Assembly (NCBI GenBank): GCA_051942245.1
Contig: JAVECL010000195.1
Span: forward strand, 1-37,304
Direction: 5' to 3'
DNA: 37,304 nt
Origin: Trypethelium eluteriae
Taxonomy: Eukaryota
Positions 23,125 to 35,551 of the stretch are shown one piece after another; position 1 is the first letter of the stretch; each line of letters starts with the position of its first letter. Made by a program: the position numbers and the translations under genes. The notes beneath the pieces are model-generated. The model was given only the letters and a program-made list of their open reading frames with translations, searched no databases and had not been told where the DNA came from.

Positions 23125-23614
23125 GATCTAGAGGATCGCATTGGTCCATACGAGGAATCCAAGCCACCTGCATGACCTGAAAGAGAAAGCCTGGCTCTTT
23201 CTCTCGGTCATCTTGAAGCTTTCGAAGGTCTTTTCTAACCTGCACATTGACTAATCTCAAAACATGCAGCGAAGCAGAGGAGGGTTACTACAATCGGGGG
23301 GGCGACCATTGGATTGGCCTCGGTACTAGGCGAGGTGGTGGCCCAGGCTACGGGGGAGGACTAGGACGCTGGTGGTGATATCAGGTAGCTCTAGGACGAT
23401 TTGTTCGCTAGTCTGTCCGTGACGGGTCTGCAATCGAAAGGCATGAAGCGTGAAGATCGGGAATTGGTGAGTCTACGTCGTGGCGTCTTACGAGAGGATT
23501 GCTTTGATAAGAGGCACTTGAATTAATGGCCACGAGCGACTAGTACCCTGTGTATACTGGGCATTAACCAGGGGTTACGTCTCATAGTCTGCAGAATCGT
23601 GAAATTTTAACATC

Positions 23615-24958
23615 TCATGAACCAGCCGCTTCGACTTGATCTGCCCAACTCCTTTGAGCCTCTGTTGGACTCTTCAACTGGTTGTCCGTATCGGCCACCA
23701 GGCCTGAGTCTGTCGTTGTATTTCCAGTATTCGAAGCGATACCGTTGGCCTTGCCTTGATCTCCATCAACAGAAGCTTTGTCTGTACCTTGGCTTGACAG
23801 TTGCTCTTTTGTTTCGCCATCACGCTTTGAACAGCTGGGTAGAGATAGCTTTGACACCGGGCCAGACTCTGCAGGCTTGACTCCTGGCGGTAGCTCTGGA
23901 AAATCCGCTTGCGTTGGGATCGTTTGCTCGTTCGCTTTGTTTGAATCGCCTCGTTGGGTACCACCTCTTCGAGGTCCGTATCTCCCTCTTCCACCACGAC
24001 CTCTCCCGCGGAAAGCTTCTCCGTCCTCGAATTCTGGTCGGTTCCTAGTATCAGCGCTGTAGTCGCTCCTAGTTACGCCACCAACACCTCCATGCATTCC
24101 TCTCCTACTGCCGCTGCCTCTTGTAGAATCTCTCCCGCTAAAGTCTTCTTCTTTCTTCTCCATATCCCACTCCCTAACACCGAGGGCGTCCAATTTTCGC
24201 TGTCGGTTCCTCTCCCTCTCACCCATCATCTGCTGTCGATTCACGCGATCCACCTTTCTCCGCTGAGCAGCTTGTGCCGTGTTTCGTGCCTCCCGTTCCG
24301 CAAAGGATGCAGCATCGGCCTCAGCGCGAGCATGCGCTTCCAGCAAGGAGCTATTCTTGAGGGAGATTTGTTGCATCCGTTCTGTCAATTCCTCCTCGCT
24401 TAGCTTCGGTTTCTGAACGCCACCCGTCAAAGTTCGGTCACCGCGGACGGAAGAGGGTCGATCTTGGGTGGCAGCTGGCGTAGCGGGTGCGTTGTCGCTT
24501 GCGGCAGCAATCCCCACATCTGGCTGAGGCTGTCCTCGACCTGAGGGCGGTTTGAAGTTCGAGACCCCCCTCCCTCGACCTCGTCCTCCGCGAGAAGTAT
24601 TAGATCCTCTTCCCCGAGGGCCTGTAGGTATCGAGGGTTGTTGGGATGTAGGTTGAGCAGTTACAGTCTCTGGAGCGACTGGTGTAAAGTCATCGTCAAA
24701 CAGGTCATCTGGCGCTCGTGTCTGGGCGAACTCCTCCGCGTAAGTAACATCATCGTCAAAGAGGTTGTCTTCAGACTGGGATTGGACGAAAGAGGGATCC
24801 GCAAATTGATACGGATCGTGGGAGGGAGATAATTGAGACGCGTTCGTAGGTGCCGGTTGCTATGAGACACGTCTGGATTAGTCTTGCGTCAAGGATTTGG
24901 GTGGGCAAAGATATACCGTCTGTGTAGATTGATTTGGTGCGTACTTGGAATTGTACAT
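23615..24958 (-). CDS. Conserved hypothetical RGG-rich, probably RNA-binding protein
   Basis: Exon 1 24958-24917 (MYNSKYAPNQSTQT) and exon 2 24859-23615 are in frame. It contains DDLFDDDFTPV, RGG repeats, a coiled coil, REWD, ADFPEL and SWADQVE. Confidence 0.8.
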
Positions 24959-25568
24959 TTTGGATGTCCAATGTACTCGATGTTGGATTCGACTGAATAT
25001 CCAAAAAATGAATGGAACAATACCAATCTCGAAGTGAACGACAGGTAATTAAGCGCCTGAAGGGAGTTATTGTCGAGTCCAAAAGAAAAAGAACGCGCTC
25101 GGAGTGTGCATTGGAGCTGATCACCTCCCCGCCTTAAATACTTTTTCCCATTGCGGCTAGTGATGGCGTTGATAGAGGCATTGAGACACAAGAGGGATGC
25201 CAGGGTCCTTCGACTCCTTCCTGCCTCTCTGTTCTATGAGGCACTTGCGTTATCAGATTTTGTATGATTCACAGACTATGTGCACATTACAACTATGCTT
25301 TATGCAGGAAGTTCAATAGATGAGTTTTTTTAAGACAGGTCCCCCCCAGGGAGAAGAGACCCGGAATGTGAGCAGGTCCAGGTTTACTACTACATTCACT
25401 CTTTCTTGGGCTCGTTTCTAGTATTCGTATCGTGCACTATCCAAATACGTCGTATAAAAGGAGCTATATCTACACAATTTCTAAAGGCTAGCAGCCAGAC
25501 TTGCGAATGGCTTGCCTAACGGTTGAATCAAAAAACCTGGCCTTCCGTCTGACTTCACCCACGTCGTG

Positions 25569-28500
25569 TCACCAAGCAAATCTTGCTACCAACCTCTTTG
25601 GTTTCCTCCGGACCATGAGTTTCCTCCCTTCATCAAGCAATAGTATACCCATGCCAAAGCTCATCGGTAGAAACCAATATTCGACAGGAACCGGAGATGT
25701 CCCGAGCACGGATTGAAACTTGTGGATGTACATGAAGAAGATTGCGATAACGACTGCAAAAGCAATTGCAGGAAGGAGATACAAGTTCTGTGTCGAGTGA
25801 CGGAAGAACGGCGGTTGGGAGAGTATCGAAAGACGACGCGTGCGCACAGCCATGAGGTTGAACCATTGCCTATCGTCACGATTAGCTTGACCATCTTGCT
25901 TGCCTCTGGGTTCTTGGAACAATGATAAGTGACAGAATTTGTGGGCTGGCGAACACTTCCGAGGCTGAAGAGACTGAGGAGGTTCCCAATATATTTACCT
26001 CCGCAGGTTCGAGGGCCACCCAGCGAAGAGTTCGGAAACATTAGCGTTCAACAAGGACTGCAGGGAACACGGATAGAGGCGGAGCAGTAAGGGAGAGTTG
26101 GAGGAAGAGCTGTAGATGAAGTGAGATGATTCTTATTGAACTCCCTTTGAGCAGGGGTTCCCTCGAGCGCTGGGGCGTGCTCGCTGACCGACACAGTCTG
26201 TCACGTCTTGGTGGAATTTGTCAGGCACTTACATTACCACAAGATTGACGAAATAGACCGACGAAGCTGTGTTGAGAATCGCGCTGAATTGATCTTGAGT
26301 CATGTCGCTCGGAACAGTCCCGAACCCAAACCATAGGTCACTAAAATTGAGGCCTTGGCGCTGCGCATACCAATAACTCATGGCAAACGATCAAACGGTT
26401 TCGAGCATACCGATGAAGCCGTAGGATTGCAAGATTAGTTTCCAGTTCACCAGGTGGTCGCGTTTGGGATTCCGAGGACGAAGCAGGAGAACATCTGCCT
26501 CAGGTTTCTCGTAGGCAATCGCGGTAGCAGCGGCGCAATCCGTGAAGCAGCATATAACGATCATCAAGAAGGATGATAAAATCTGGGGAAGTCCAAACAG
26601 GGCGCTCGTCATGATCGGCCAGAATTCAGAGAAGGAGCCGGCGGGCAAGAGGTAACAAATCGTCTTCTTGAGATTATCTTATGACTGGTCAGTATCCATC
26701 CCGTGCATGAGAAGACCCTCGCGAAGCAAAGCGATGTTGTCCCTTTTACATGATCGAAACGAGACTTACCAAAGACAACACGACCATACTTAACGGCCTC
26801 GACGATGGCAGAGAAGGATTCCAAAAGGACCATATCTGCGGCTTCAATGGCGATGTCAGAGCCAGAGCTCATAGTAATTCCCACATCGGATCGTTTCAGT
26901 GAGGGAGCGTCATTGACACCATCACCGGTCACTTAAATTCGTCAGCTCTGGAATCTCTCTAGATGTACTTTGCAACATACTTCCTACCGTTTCTCCCCGC
27001 GCTTGTAATTCTCTTACGATACGCAGCTTTTGCTCTGGCGTCGTTCGCGCAAAAACGATCTCATCGTATTTGCAAAGTTCGTCCCATTGCTTATCAGTCA
27101 AAACCATCATCTCCGATCCGCTGAGTACCAGACTACGCGTCGAGAGGTATTTCGTGGAGAACTTATCCGTATCGGGTCCACCTCCAACAATAGGCATTGG
27201 AGGTGAACATGGACGCGCAAGCGTGAAGATGTTGTCAACCTTGTCATCTAGCTGTGTGATAATGCCACATTGAGCAGCGATTGCCTGTGCAGTCAGTCTG
27301 AAATCTCCGGTGACCATGTGTACTTTGACACCAGCTCTACGGAGAACTCTAACAACTTCCGGAATATCGTCGCGGGGTGGGTCAATAAGAGCTACAAGAC
27401 CGACGGACTCCAGATCAGTTTCGACCTGCCGGAGGACTTCTTCATCAAAGAGGCTCGTACTGATTGCCGAATTTGAGGAGTCAAAAGATCTGCGAGCAAG
27501 CAAGATAACTCGTTTGGCCTGCTGGGACCACACGTCTTTTGTTTCTTCGATCTGGCTTCGCAGTCCTTCCGTTAGGTTTACACTCGTTCCATGCTCAGAT
27601 TTGCATTTCGTACACCGCGGAAGCAAGATATCTGGTGCTCCCTTGATCATTAGTATTGTTTGAACAGTTGGAGACCCATCATCAATTTGTTTCAATGCCG
27701 AGTACGAGGATTGAACGGCGTGGACCATGAATTTGTTCTTGCTATTGAACGGGATCTTGTGGAGCACCTTCCAAGATGAACGAGTCTCAGATACTGGAAT
27801 TAAGCCTTCTGCAAAACGGAGGACAGCTTGATCAGTAGCGTCCCCAAAGATTGCTCTGTCTTCGAGAGGCAAATGCGTAGCTGCTGCATCAAACTCTCCA
27901 GCATTGCACATAGCTCCAACCACAGCCACTCCGAGCAAAGCAGCCGTAGGAGGGACAGTATCCACATTGTCTTTAAAGGAAGGCATGAGTTCCGTTGCTT
28001 GAGCTGCGCTGAAGCTGGCTTGTCCTACCATGCAATCTGTGACCTTCATTTGGTTCTACCCATCATCAGACATTTATTAACCTTTATACGCGGTTTTCCA
28101 GATATTACCTTTGTCAAGGTCCCAGTTTTGTCAGAGCAAATTGTACTGACCGAGCCAAGAGTTTCCACCGTTTTTAGTGATTTGCAAAGGACCTTGTTCT
28201 GTTTCATAATGCACGCAACAATGGTGAGGCTGCTTCGCAGTTAGAAAAACCTGTATCTACCAAACGTCTTTCGATGATACTAGCTTGTCTGGCAGTTACC
28301 GCGATTGGTAGACCCTCCGGAATAAAGGCCACCGCAACACTGACGCAGTCAACGATGAGAACAGGGACATCCATCCAGTCCGCATGGTCTTTCCGTAGCC
28401 ATGTCGCCCTTGAGGAGTCGTCAGACCGACCGGTTTAATGCTAGATGGAGACTTACCAGACAATCACGACTACCACGACCATTGTGGTCATAACAGAGAC

Positions 28501-29790
28501 GATGGCTGCTACGAAATAATAGATTTCTTTCTCCAAATTGGTCAGCCCTGGCTTAGGTCTGCTGGTCTCTTTGGCAAGCTGCAACCTTGTTAGTCAATTG
28601 ATCAGATAGTCCTGCAAGCTACCTACTCTACCAAAGACAGAAGAATCACCAGTGGCTACGACCACAGCCAATCCGCTGCCTGAAGTACAGTGCGTACCAG
28701 CCAGGCCTATGCAGGCTGTCTCAAGGTAATTGTCATCTGTAGAATGCAGCGTACCTCGCAGAGGCAGTGTTTCACCTGCCACTTGTGGTCAGCTTTCTCA
28801 TTTGCGTAGTTGTTGACATACAGTTTAGTACCAGTAAGCATAGAACAATCGAACTGGGCGTCCGCGGTCAGGCTGATAAACCGGACATCCGCCGCAAGCT
28901 TATTGCCAGACTTTATGTAGATTATATCTCCGAGAATAATCTCTGGACCGGCGACATTTTTCTGCTGGCCGTCTCGCAGAACTATGCACTCATCAGGAAG
29001 CAGGCTCGTGATAGATGCCATCAACTCTGGAACTAGACCAGTCTAACCATTCTTAGTCAATTGAAAACCACCACACTATGGTCAACCCTTACCTTGATAA
29101 AAGGCGAAGAAAGCCTGAACAGCCCACACAATGGCAATAATGATAGCCAGAGCCAGATTAGCTACGGCGGGAGGGTCTCCCAGAGGTTTTCAGGCAATAA
29201 AAACAAGGATACAGGCAGTTAAAAGGATCGATCCAAAGCCACCAAAGAGATAACGTAATGTCTTTTGCAACCATTGTAACGGAGGAGGAGAGATTTGATT
29301 TCGTCCATATTCTTTCAACCGGTGGGTGACCTGTTCTTGAGAAAGACCTTGTTTCTCAGATGTTGCCAGGCGCCGATAAAACTCATCAATAGCTATCCTG
29401 TGCCACTCAAGACTCGCAATATCTATTACTCAATCAACACGGAACTTCCAGTGATGTATCAATTCTCAGCCTACCGCTTGGTTCCTTTCGTTTCGAGGGC
29501 ACATTTTTTGAAAATTCCAGCGCTCGACTTTCGTCGATGTCAAACGAGCTAGTGCGAAGTCAGTCTCTGAGATTCCAGATTGAGAAAATCCCTTACTGTG
29601 TGCGAAACTGGGTGGGGAGAACAAGTGACGGATCAACACTGGCAGTGCGAGAGACCGGTCGAATGGCTAGCGACTCACGAGAAGATCTTCTCGAGAGCCG
29701 TTGCCGATGTGACTCTTGAAGCTCATCTGCCCATGTCAGAGCAGTCTGCCGTTTCGATGTAGGGTCAGAATTATCCTTTGTCTCTTGCAT
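25569..29790 (-). pseudogene. Na+/K+(H+/K+)-ATPase-like P-type (P2C-like) cation pump, disabled
   Basis: Full-length multi-exon model with [31 protein letters not shown] and TGDGVND motifs. It carries an in-frame TGA at 29190-29192, a +1 frameshift near 29023, a non-GT/GC donor at 28288 and an in-frame TGA at 26391-26393. Confidence 0.88.
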
Positions 29791-31090
29791 GATAGAGATA
29801 CAACAGCTGAGAATAGCGAAGTAGGAGAGGAAGAGATGGGCGCAGGGAAAGCAGAAATATAAATACTAATGGAGATGGTAGACAAGGCTAGCACGATCAT
29901 ACATAATGTTTGCTTTATTCACAACACCAGCTTTTGAAACATTGGAAAGGAGAGTAGCGTACGAAGCTAAGGAAAACTCCTCCCAACTTGGCGGCTATCG
30001 AGCTTGTAATGGAACACGCCATACTGCGCCCTCACTTAGGCACTCCTCCAGAGTACGATGCGGCATTTTTGAGATCACAACATCTTTCAGGTGGATCATC
30101 GTGACGGATGCGCCACAACAAACTAGGAGTTACTCAGTATGTAATCGCTGCTCCATCTGGACAGCGCATTACGGTATCAAAGAGAATGGACTGCCGTCCT
30201 TTCACTACTCCAAGGGAATGGTGTGGCCCGGACGTCTTTGAACAAATACTGGTCGCTCAATCTTTGAAGCATGGGCCATTCGCCCAACGCTGATCAAATA
30301 GCGTAAGGTAAGTTATAATTTTCTCCAGTGCCGTTGGTTTGGAGCTCGGTTGATAGCTACATGTCTCCACCGCGGATCGAGCTGCTGAGCCACCATCACA
30401 TGCATAGCTCCCAGCGTAGAGGAACGCTGATGGCATGTCAGTGGTTGTTGTGGAGATATGTGGGGTTGAAGTTGATGGTCACCAGCTTTTGGCTGGCCCG
30501 CTTGCAAGATAAAAAGATCGGCACCAATTACAGCAGTGCCGCAATAGAAAATCGCTCATACAGTTCGTGCAGCTATGGGATAGTGAACCCAAGAACCGGT
30601 TGAGATCAGAGTGAGCAAAGATCAAGGAATCATCTACATTTCCGAATGCAAAGGGTTTCAAGTGTAGTAGGCTCTGAAGCTGGGTAGAGTAAGTACAGAA
30701 ACCGAAGCGAAGACGAACCTGCCTGAAGGCTTACGTAGCTTGCCTTTGCAGAAGGTCTGACGCGACTCCGCTCAAGAAGGTCATGGGAATGGCGATGACC
30801 CAAGCTGGACCAATCTACAATGATGCGGTGTGTTTTCAAGGCACAGCCATAATTCTACTGGTAAGTGTCGCATGCTAGTTGAGGGATTTATCGAAAACGA
30901 TATCGGCTATACTCGAAGTAGACTTCCGATACAATTGACTTCACATGGAGGCCTCCTCTTCGACAAGAGTTTGATGAAGAATAAAGGTCGTGAAATGGCA
31001 CGCTGCATCGTTTATTATCGCATAGACTTTTCTCTCAAAGAATAAAAAGGGTAAAGAGGACACCGCGTTGTTGGCATTCGTTCCGCAAAG

Positions 31091-31473
31091 ATGCCCTATG
31101 AGTCCTTCCAGTCTGCATGCCCACCTCCACAGGACCCGCCTCCTGCGTCCACAGTAATCAAGACACTGCCAGGCGCCCAATTGGCTCCCAGAGCCATGAA
31201 GGCGCCTCCTACTATCTTCATTCAACCCGCAAAAGGTAGAGACGAGCCACATCAATGTACAACATGCATGTGATGTTGACATCCAAAGCTATGCCTGCGT
31301 ACCCTACGCAGCGTCGAACCTCAATAGAAGACATTACTGCTGCATACCGACATCGATACGCGACATACTTGGCTGCTACATTTAATATCAGCCAGAACGC
31401 TGCCGAAGTCGAGGCTAATTTTCAGCTCGCACAAAGACGACCGTCTACATGCTCAGAAGCTGAGATCAGGTGA
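31091..31473 (+). CDS. Small hypothetical protein (109 aa, two exons)
   Basis: ORFs 31091 and 31255 join in frame by removing the 53-nt intron 31236-31288 (GTAGAG...TTGAC...AAG). Confidence 0.55.
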
Positions 31474-31640
31474 CGTTGGGAGGAGGGACTGTGAAGAGTA
31501 CCTGGGTATCGTGTTCGGCATCTGTCGTCTCTGAATCATATGTTCCGGCTTGGTCGGGGTCCTGTTCAGTCCAGATCGGATCGAGACTGGTATAATCAGA
31601 ACACTAGGTCAATCTTCATTTCATCAGACGAAATGACTCT

Positions 31641-33177
31641 TCATCTCCCAAACAGCATCACGCCTTCATCTCCTAGATCACCATTCTCATCACGACCTTC
31701 TTCGTCTGTCAGCTGCTCCTCTGTAAGAACAGCCTTCATTCCCAATAACCCTCCAAATAACTCATCCCGCTGCCGATCGCCCCATGAGCCCCTGTCCTCC
31801 GGAGCCATAAAGTTCTGTAGCTTTTCGTGTACCGTGTATCGCATCTTTCTGCCTTTGCTCGCCTTCGTGTCCACGACTTTCTTTGTCTTCGCTTGCCGTG
31901 CTAATTGCCATTGATTCGGAATCGCGAGTGCTGAGGTGTCGATGTCGGTACTGGTCTGCTCAAGGAGGGATTTCAAGAGAAGGGAGTAGAAATCTGCATC
32001 ATCGTAGACGGCTTGAGCTGAGTTAGTGGAGTTGGCGGACGCATGGAGAGATGCTTGTAATGGGGCGCAGGAGCGTGCGGTGCGAGCGCGTTTGACAAGG
32101 CGGTCCTTGTCTATGAGATGCGACGTGAGGATATCAACAAGCGCTTCATTTTGGGAATTGGAAGGGTTCAGCCTGGGAGCATTCGAAGTTGCTGTGGCGG
32201 TGTGAGTCTTGGCGGACCACTTGTTGAGAACGGAATCTCGATAGGATTTGGCGCTGGACTCATGGAACTCCATGTGGTTCCAAAGTTCCAACGAAGGTGT
32301 GGATGGCTCGAATGTGCGAAGCTTCCTCTTCTCCCCTGTACGGACGATCTGCAGGTTCTCTCTGAGGTTATTGAGAGACGACCAGAGTCTAAAGGCAGCA
32401 TTTTCGGCAGCTTCAACGACCTCATCATCCTCATGTGTTTCCTTCTCAGGGCTCTTGGCAAGCTCAAAAGAGTTCGTCGAGATTAGAGCCTTTTGTAGCC
32501 GTATTCGCGAGTTTAGGAGAGAGTTGAATGTGCTGCGCTGCTGTTTTACGGCCCGTCCTTTTTCTGCATCTACCTTCGCTGCTTGGGATATGCTTGACGT
32601 AACAGCCTTCTGCTGCTCACTCATCATCCTCCGAAGCTCTGCGCGGGAGTCGGAGTGAAAGCCGTCTCGATCATCATCCTCTACCTGCGCAGCCCCCCCA
32701 TCACTCAGTTCTGTATCCTCTTCATCGTCCTCCTCTTCCATCTCATCCTCATCCTCGTCCTCGTCCTCTTTTTCGGTTCCATCGATGTATCCTATCCTAG
32801 CTCTATCATCGCTCTCATCATAGGTTTCTTCGTCGCTGGACGACGACTGGAAGCCCTTCGCAAATGGATCATCCTCCTCTTCGTAAAATGCAACATCTCG
32901 ACTGACTCTTGAACCCTCATATTGGTGGCCTAATGGCGCAACATCTTTTCCGCGAAGCTTGCTGTTTTCGACAACTTGATAGTGTTCCCGCCCATCCCCA
33001 CGTATCGTTTCGTCAATGTCAGAGTTGCCGTTATCGCTCGACGATTGGTCCTCAGGATCATGGTCTATTCAAAATTAGTCGATTTGTTCGTACGCTACTG
33101 GAATTGTAAGTACCTCTAAAAGGTGCGTCAAGCTCAGCGACCCGCTCTGCAAGTGACTTGACCCTCGCTGGACTCAT
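31641..33177 (-). CDS. BFR2: Bfr2/AATF SSU processome factor
   Basis: Exon 1 33177-33114 and exon 2 33064-31641. It has REHY..SKLR, an acidic tract, DAEKGRAVK, RIRLQK, YDDADFY and the TRAUB motif VDTKASKGRKMRYTVHEKLQNFMAP. Confidence 0.95.
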
Positions 33178-33396
33178 TGAGGAGTTTGTCGCCGCGATAC
33201 TTGAAGAGCGAACTTTTTGGTGGGGTGAGTGTAGGTTGAAGGAAAAATGGACGTGGCCGGAGTCGCGTCGGCTTTGCCTCCGCGCAGCGCCATGGCCTCG
33301 AAAGAGATGGATTTTCGGACGGTAGGAACACCATGACGAGGAAGAGTTGACGAGGTCAAATTACATGCGACTCTCTCTGTGGATGAAGCTTTATGC

Positions 33397-33406
33397 GAAA
33401 ATTTTC
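33397..33406. promoter_or_regulatory. RRPE-like element GAAAATTTTC upstream of BFR2
   Basis: Resembles the yeast ribosome-biogenesis RRPE motif and lies 220 nt upstream of a ribosome-biogenesis gene. Confidence 0.3.
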
Positions 33407-33672
33407 AATTCTGAAATTGAGTGTTCTTGGGCTGGGTATATTCGTGGGAAGTTTGTATGGGGCTACGATAAGAGAGCAATGCAAATGGTGATTGCGCCTC
33501 GCCGTAGTAAATAAACAATGACGTCGTTCAAATTAATCTTCCAGGTAATCAGGCTAAAGCTTTACCGAAACTTTCATCTTCTTCTCGGGTCATTCTCGGG
33601 ATTGAAAATTGTTCTAAGCTCCTGGACTTGTGACGAAACCCTAGATTCCGTCAAGCCCCCAACCATGTGAAT

Positions 33673-34655
33673 ATGCAAAGGCGCTGCTTCTCACCTTTGA
33701 GCAGACTGAGGAGCCATGAAAATCCATTGGTCTGAAACTTCTTCATACCAGAAACCTTCTCTGACCTGACATCTAGGGATTGCCGCGCTCCGGCGCTCCA
33801 CCGCAGCTCCCACGCATGCAGCGCAGCCTTCCGCAACAACGCAGAATTCCAAACGTAAATAAGGTCATTGCAGTCTCATCAGCAAAGGGCGGTGTAGGTA
33901 AATCAACCATCGCTGCAAATCTTGCGACCTCGTTCGCGCGACAAGGCCTGCGAAGTGGCATCCTGGATACCGACATCTTTGGTCCATCGATACCGACGCT
34001 TTTCAACTTATCCGGAGAACCGCGACTCTCGGCTGCAAACCAATTGCTTCCATTGTCCAACTATGGAGTGAAGACCATGTCAATGGGATACTTGGTCGGG
34101 GAGGACGCACCAGTTGTGTGGCGGGGACTGATGGTTATGAAAGCGCTGCAGCAGTTACTGCACGAGGTGGAATGGGGTGGTCTGGATGTCCTCGTACTCG
34201 ACTTACCACCTGGCACTGGAGATACCCAATTGACCATAACACAGCAAATCAAGCTAGATGGTAAGTGTGACCGTAGCTGTTCAAGACGTCACTAAACCAG
34301 TGTGAGTTCAGGTGCTATTGTTATCTCTACTCCCCAAGATATCGCTCTGCGTGACGCAATGAAAGGAGTCGACATGTTTCGAAAGGTAACAGTTCCCGTC
34401 CTTGGTATGGTCCAGAATATGTCAGTCTTTGTGTGTCCGCACTGCTCCCAGCGCACTCACATTTTTGGCTTCGACGGTGTCATCAAGAAATGCCAGGAGC
34501 ATCGAATCGAATTACTCGGAGATATACCTTTAGACGCTAAGATCTGTGACGACGCAGATAATGGTATGCCTACGGTGGTCGCTGATCCGAACAGCGAAAG
34601 GGCCAAAGCCTTCCATCATTTGGCAAAGAACATCAGAGACGGATTGGAATTTTAG
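33673..34655 (+). CDS. IND1: Mitochondrial Fe-S assembly P-loop NTPase Ind1/NUBPL (Mrp/Nbp35 family)
   Basis: Exons 33673-33729, 33777-34260 and 34312-34655. Arg/Ser-rich presequence, [26 protein letters not shown] and [11 protein letters not shown]. Confidence 0.93.
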
Positions 34656-35005
34656 CATTCACTGATCCAAGAAGGCTAGTCCGCTTTGTTGAGTTCTCGA
34701 ACGCAAGATCCTTCTGCCTTCACTGCAGCAACTTCGAGCTTCTTATGAATACCGTAACATCATGTGAATTGGCAAGATACATCATATTCATTGCGAAGAC
34801 GATAGGCGTTTCGTTACAGCAAACATGTGTCATTAATGAACATGTCACCAAGTAATGAGTGAGCACATCACATCAAAATATAAATACAGGGACGATTGGA
34901 GCAGCTTCCCGACTACCTCTACTGCGTTTTACCTCGCCTTTAGACCCTAAGACCCTTCGAATAGACCAGCCACTACAATCGGATCGACCGACAAGTCAAA
35001 CAAAC

Positions 35006-35551
35006 ATGACAAGTGTTGCAGAGCTATTCAAGGTAGCCGATGGCATTCAAGGCCTCATTATGGGTAGCCGAGCCGTCCTGATTTTCATAATGATAGCGAC
35101 TTACTACCTTATAAGTCTTGCGCGGGCGCACTGGCATCAATGGCCAGATCTTCACTTGATTCGTCTAGTTGACGACCGCGACTTGAAGCTTGCTCTCGTA
35201 TCACAAGGTCGACTCCTGTACAAAGGACCTCAGACGATCGAGGCGCCTCTCGACACAAATGGCATGTGGGACTTTTACGACGACCTCAGCGCAGCGCTCC
35301 CGAAGACGCATCAGGAGCACCGTGCTCACGTTAATCCAATTGATGCTACTGTTTCTACTGGTGAAGCCATCAAAAAGACGCAGAAGAATGGACAGGGCAG
35401 CACTGGTAATTTGCAAACCGCATCGACTTCTCCACTACTGCGCCACAAGTCTTCACAGTCCCAAAATGGTGGGAAACAAAGCAATGGATCCAAGTCTGCG
35501 GTTACTGGGGCAAAGAGTGGAGAGAGGCAGGGCAAGGGCAACCAGACCTAA
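35006..35551 (+). CDS. Hypothetical protein with one hydrophobic segment
   Basis: ATG in good context (AAACATG) within a longer open frame. Hydrophobic AVLIFIMIATYYLISLA and a polar low-complexity tail; no family recognised. Confidence 0.4.
   Translation: MTSVAELFKVADGIQGLIMGSRAVLIFIMIATYYLISLARAHWHQWPDLHLIRLVDDRDLKLALVSQGRLLYKGPQTIEAPLDTNGMWDFYDDLSAALPKTHQEHRAHVNPIDATVSTGEAIKKTQKNGQGSTGNLQTASTSPLLRHKSSQSQNGGKQSNGSKSAVTGAKSGERQGKGNQT

Noticed and set aside
25990..26180. HDV-like ribozyme or TPP riboswitch in the long intron
   Set aside because: No room for HDV P4 or the catalytic C between the 3' strands, and TPP consensus segments are absent.
26391..29192. ATPase TGA codons as selenocysteine, readthrough or A-to-I editing-corrected stops
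   Set aside because: A frameshift and a dead splice donor in the same gene cannot all be rescued this way. Fungal editing-corrected stops are typically UAG, and Pezizomycotina are not known to use Sec.
32715..32770. TCC/TCA/TCG trinucleotide repeat
   Set aside because: It simply encodes the acidic D/E tract of Bfr2.
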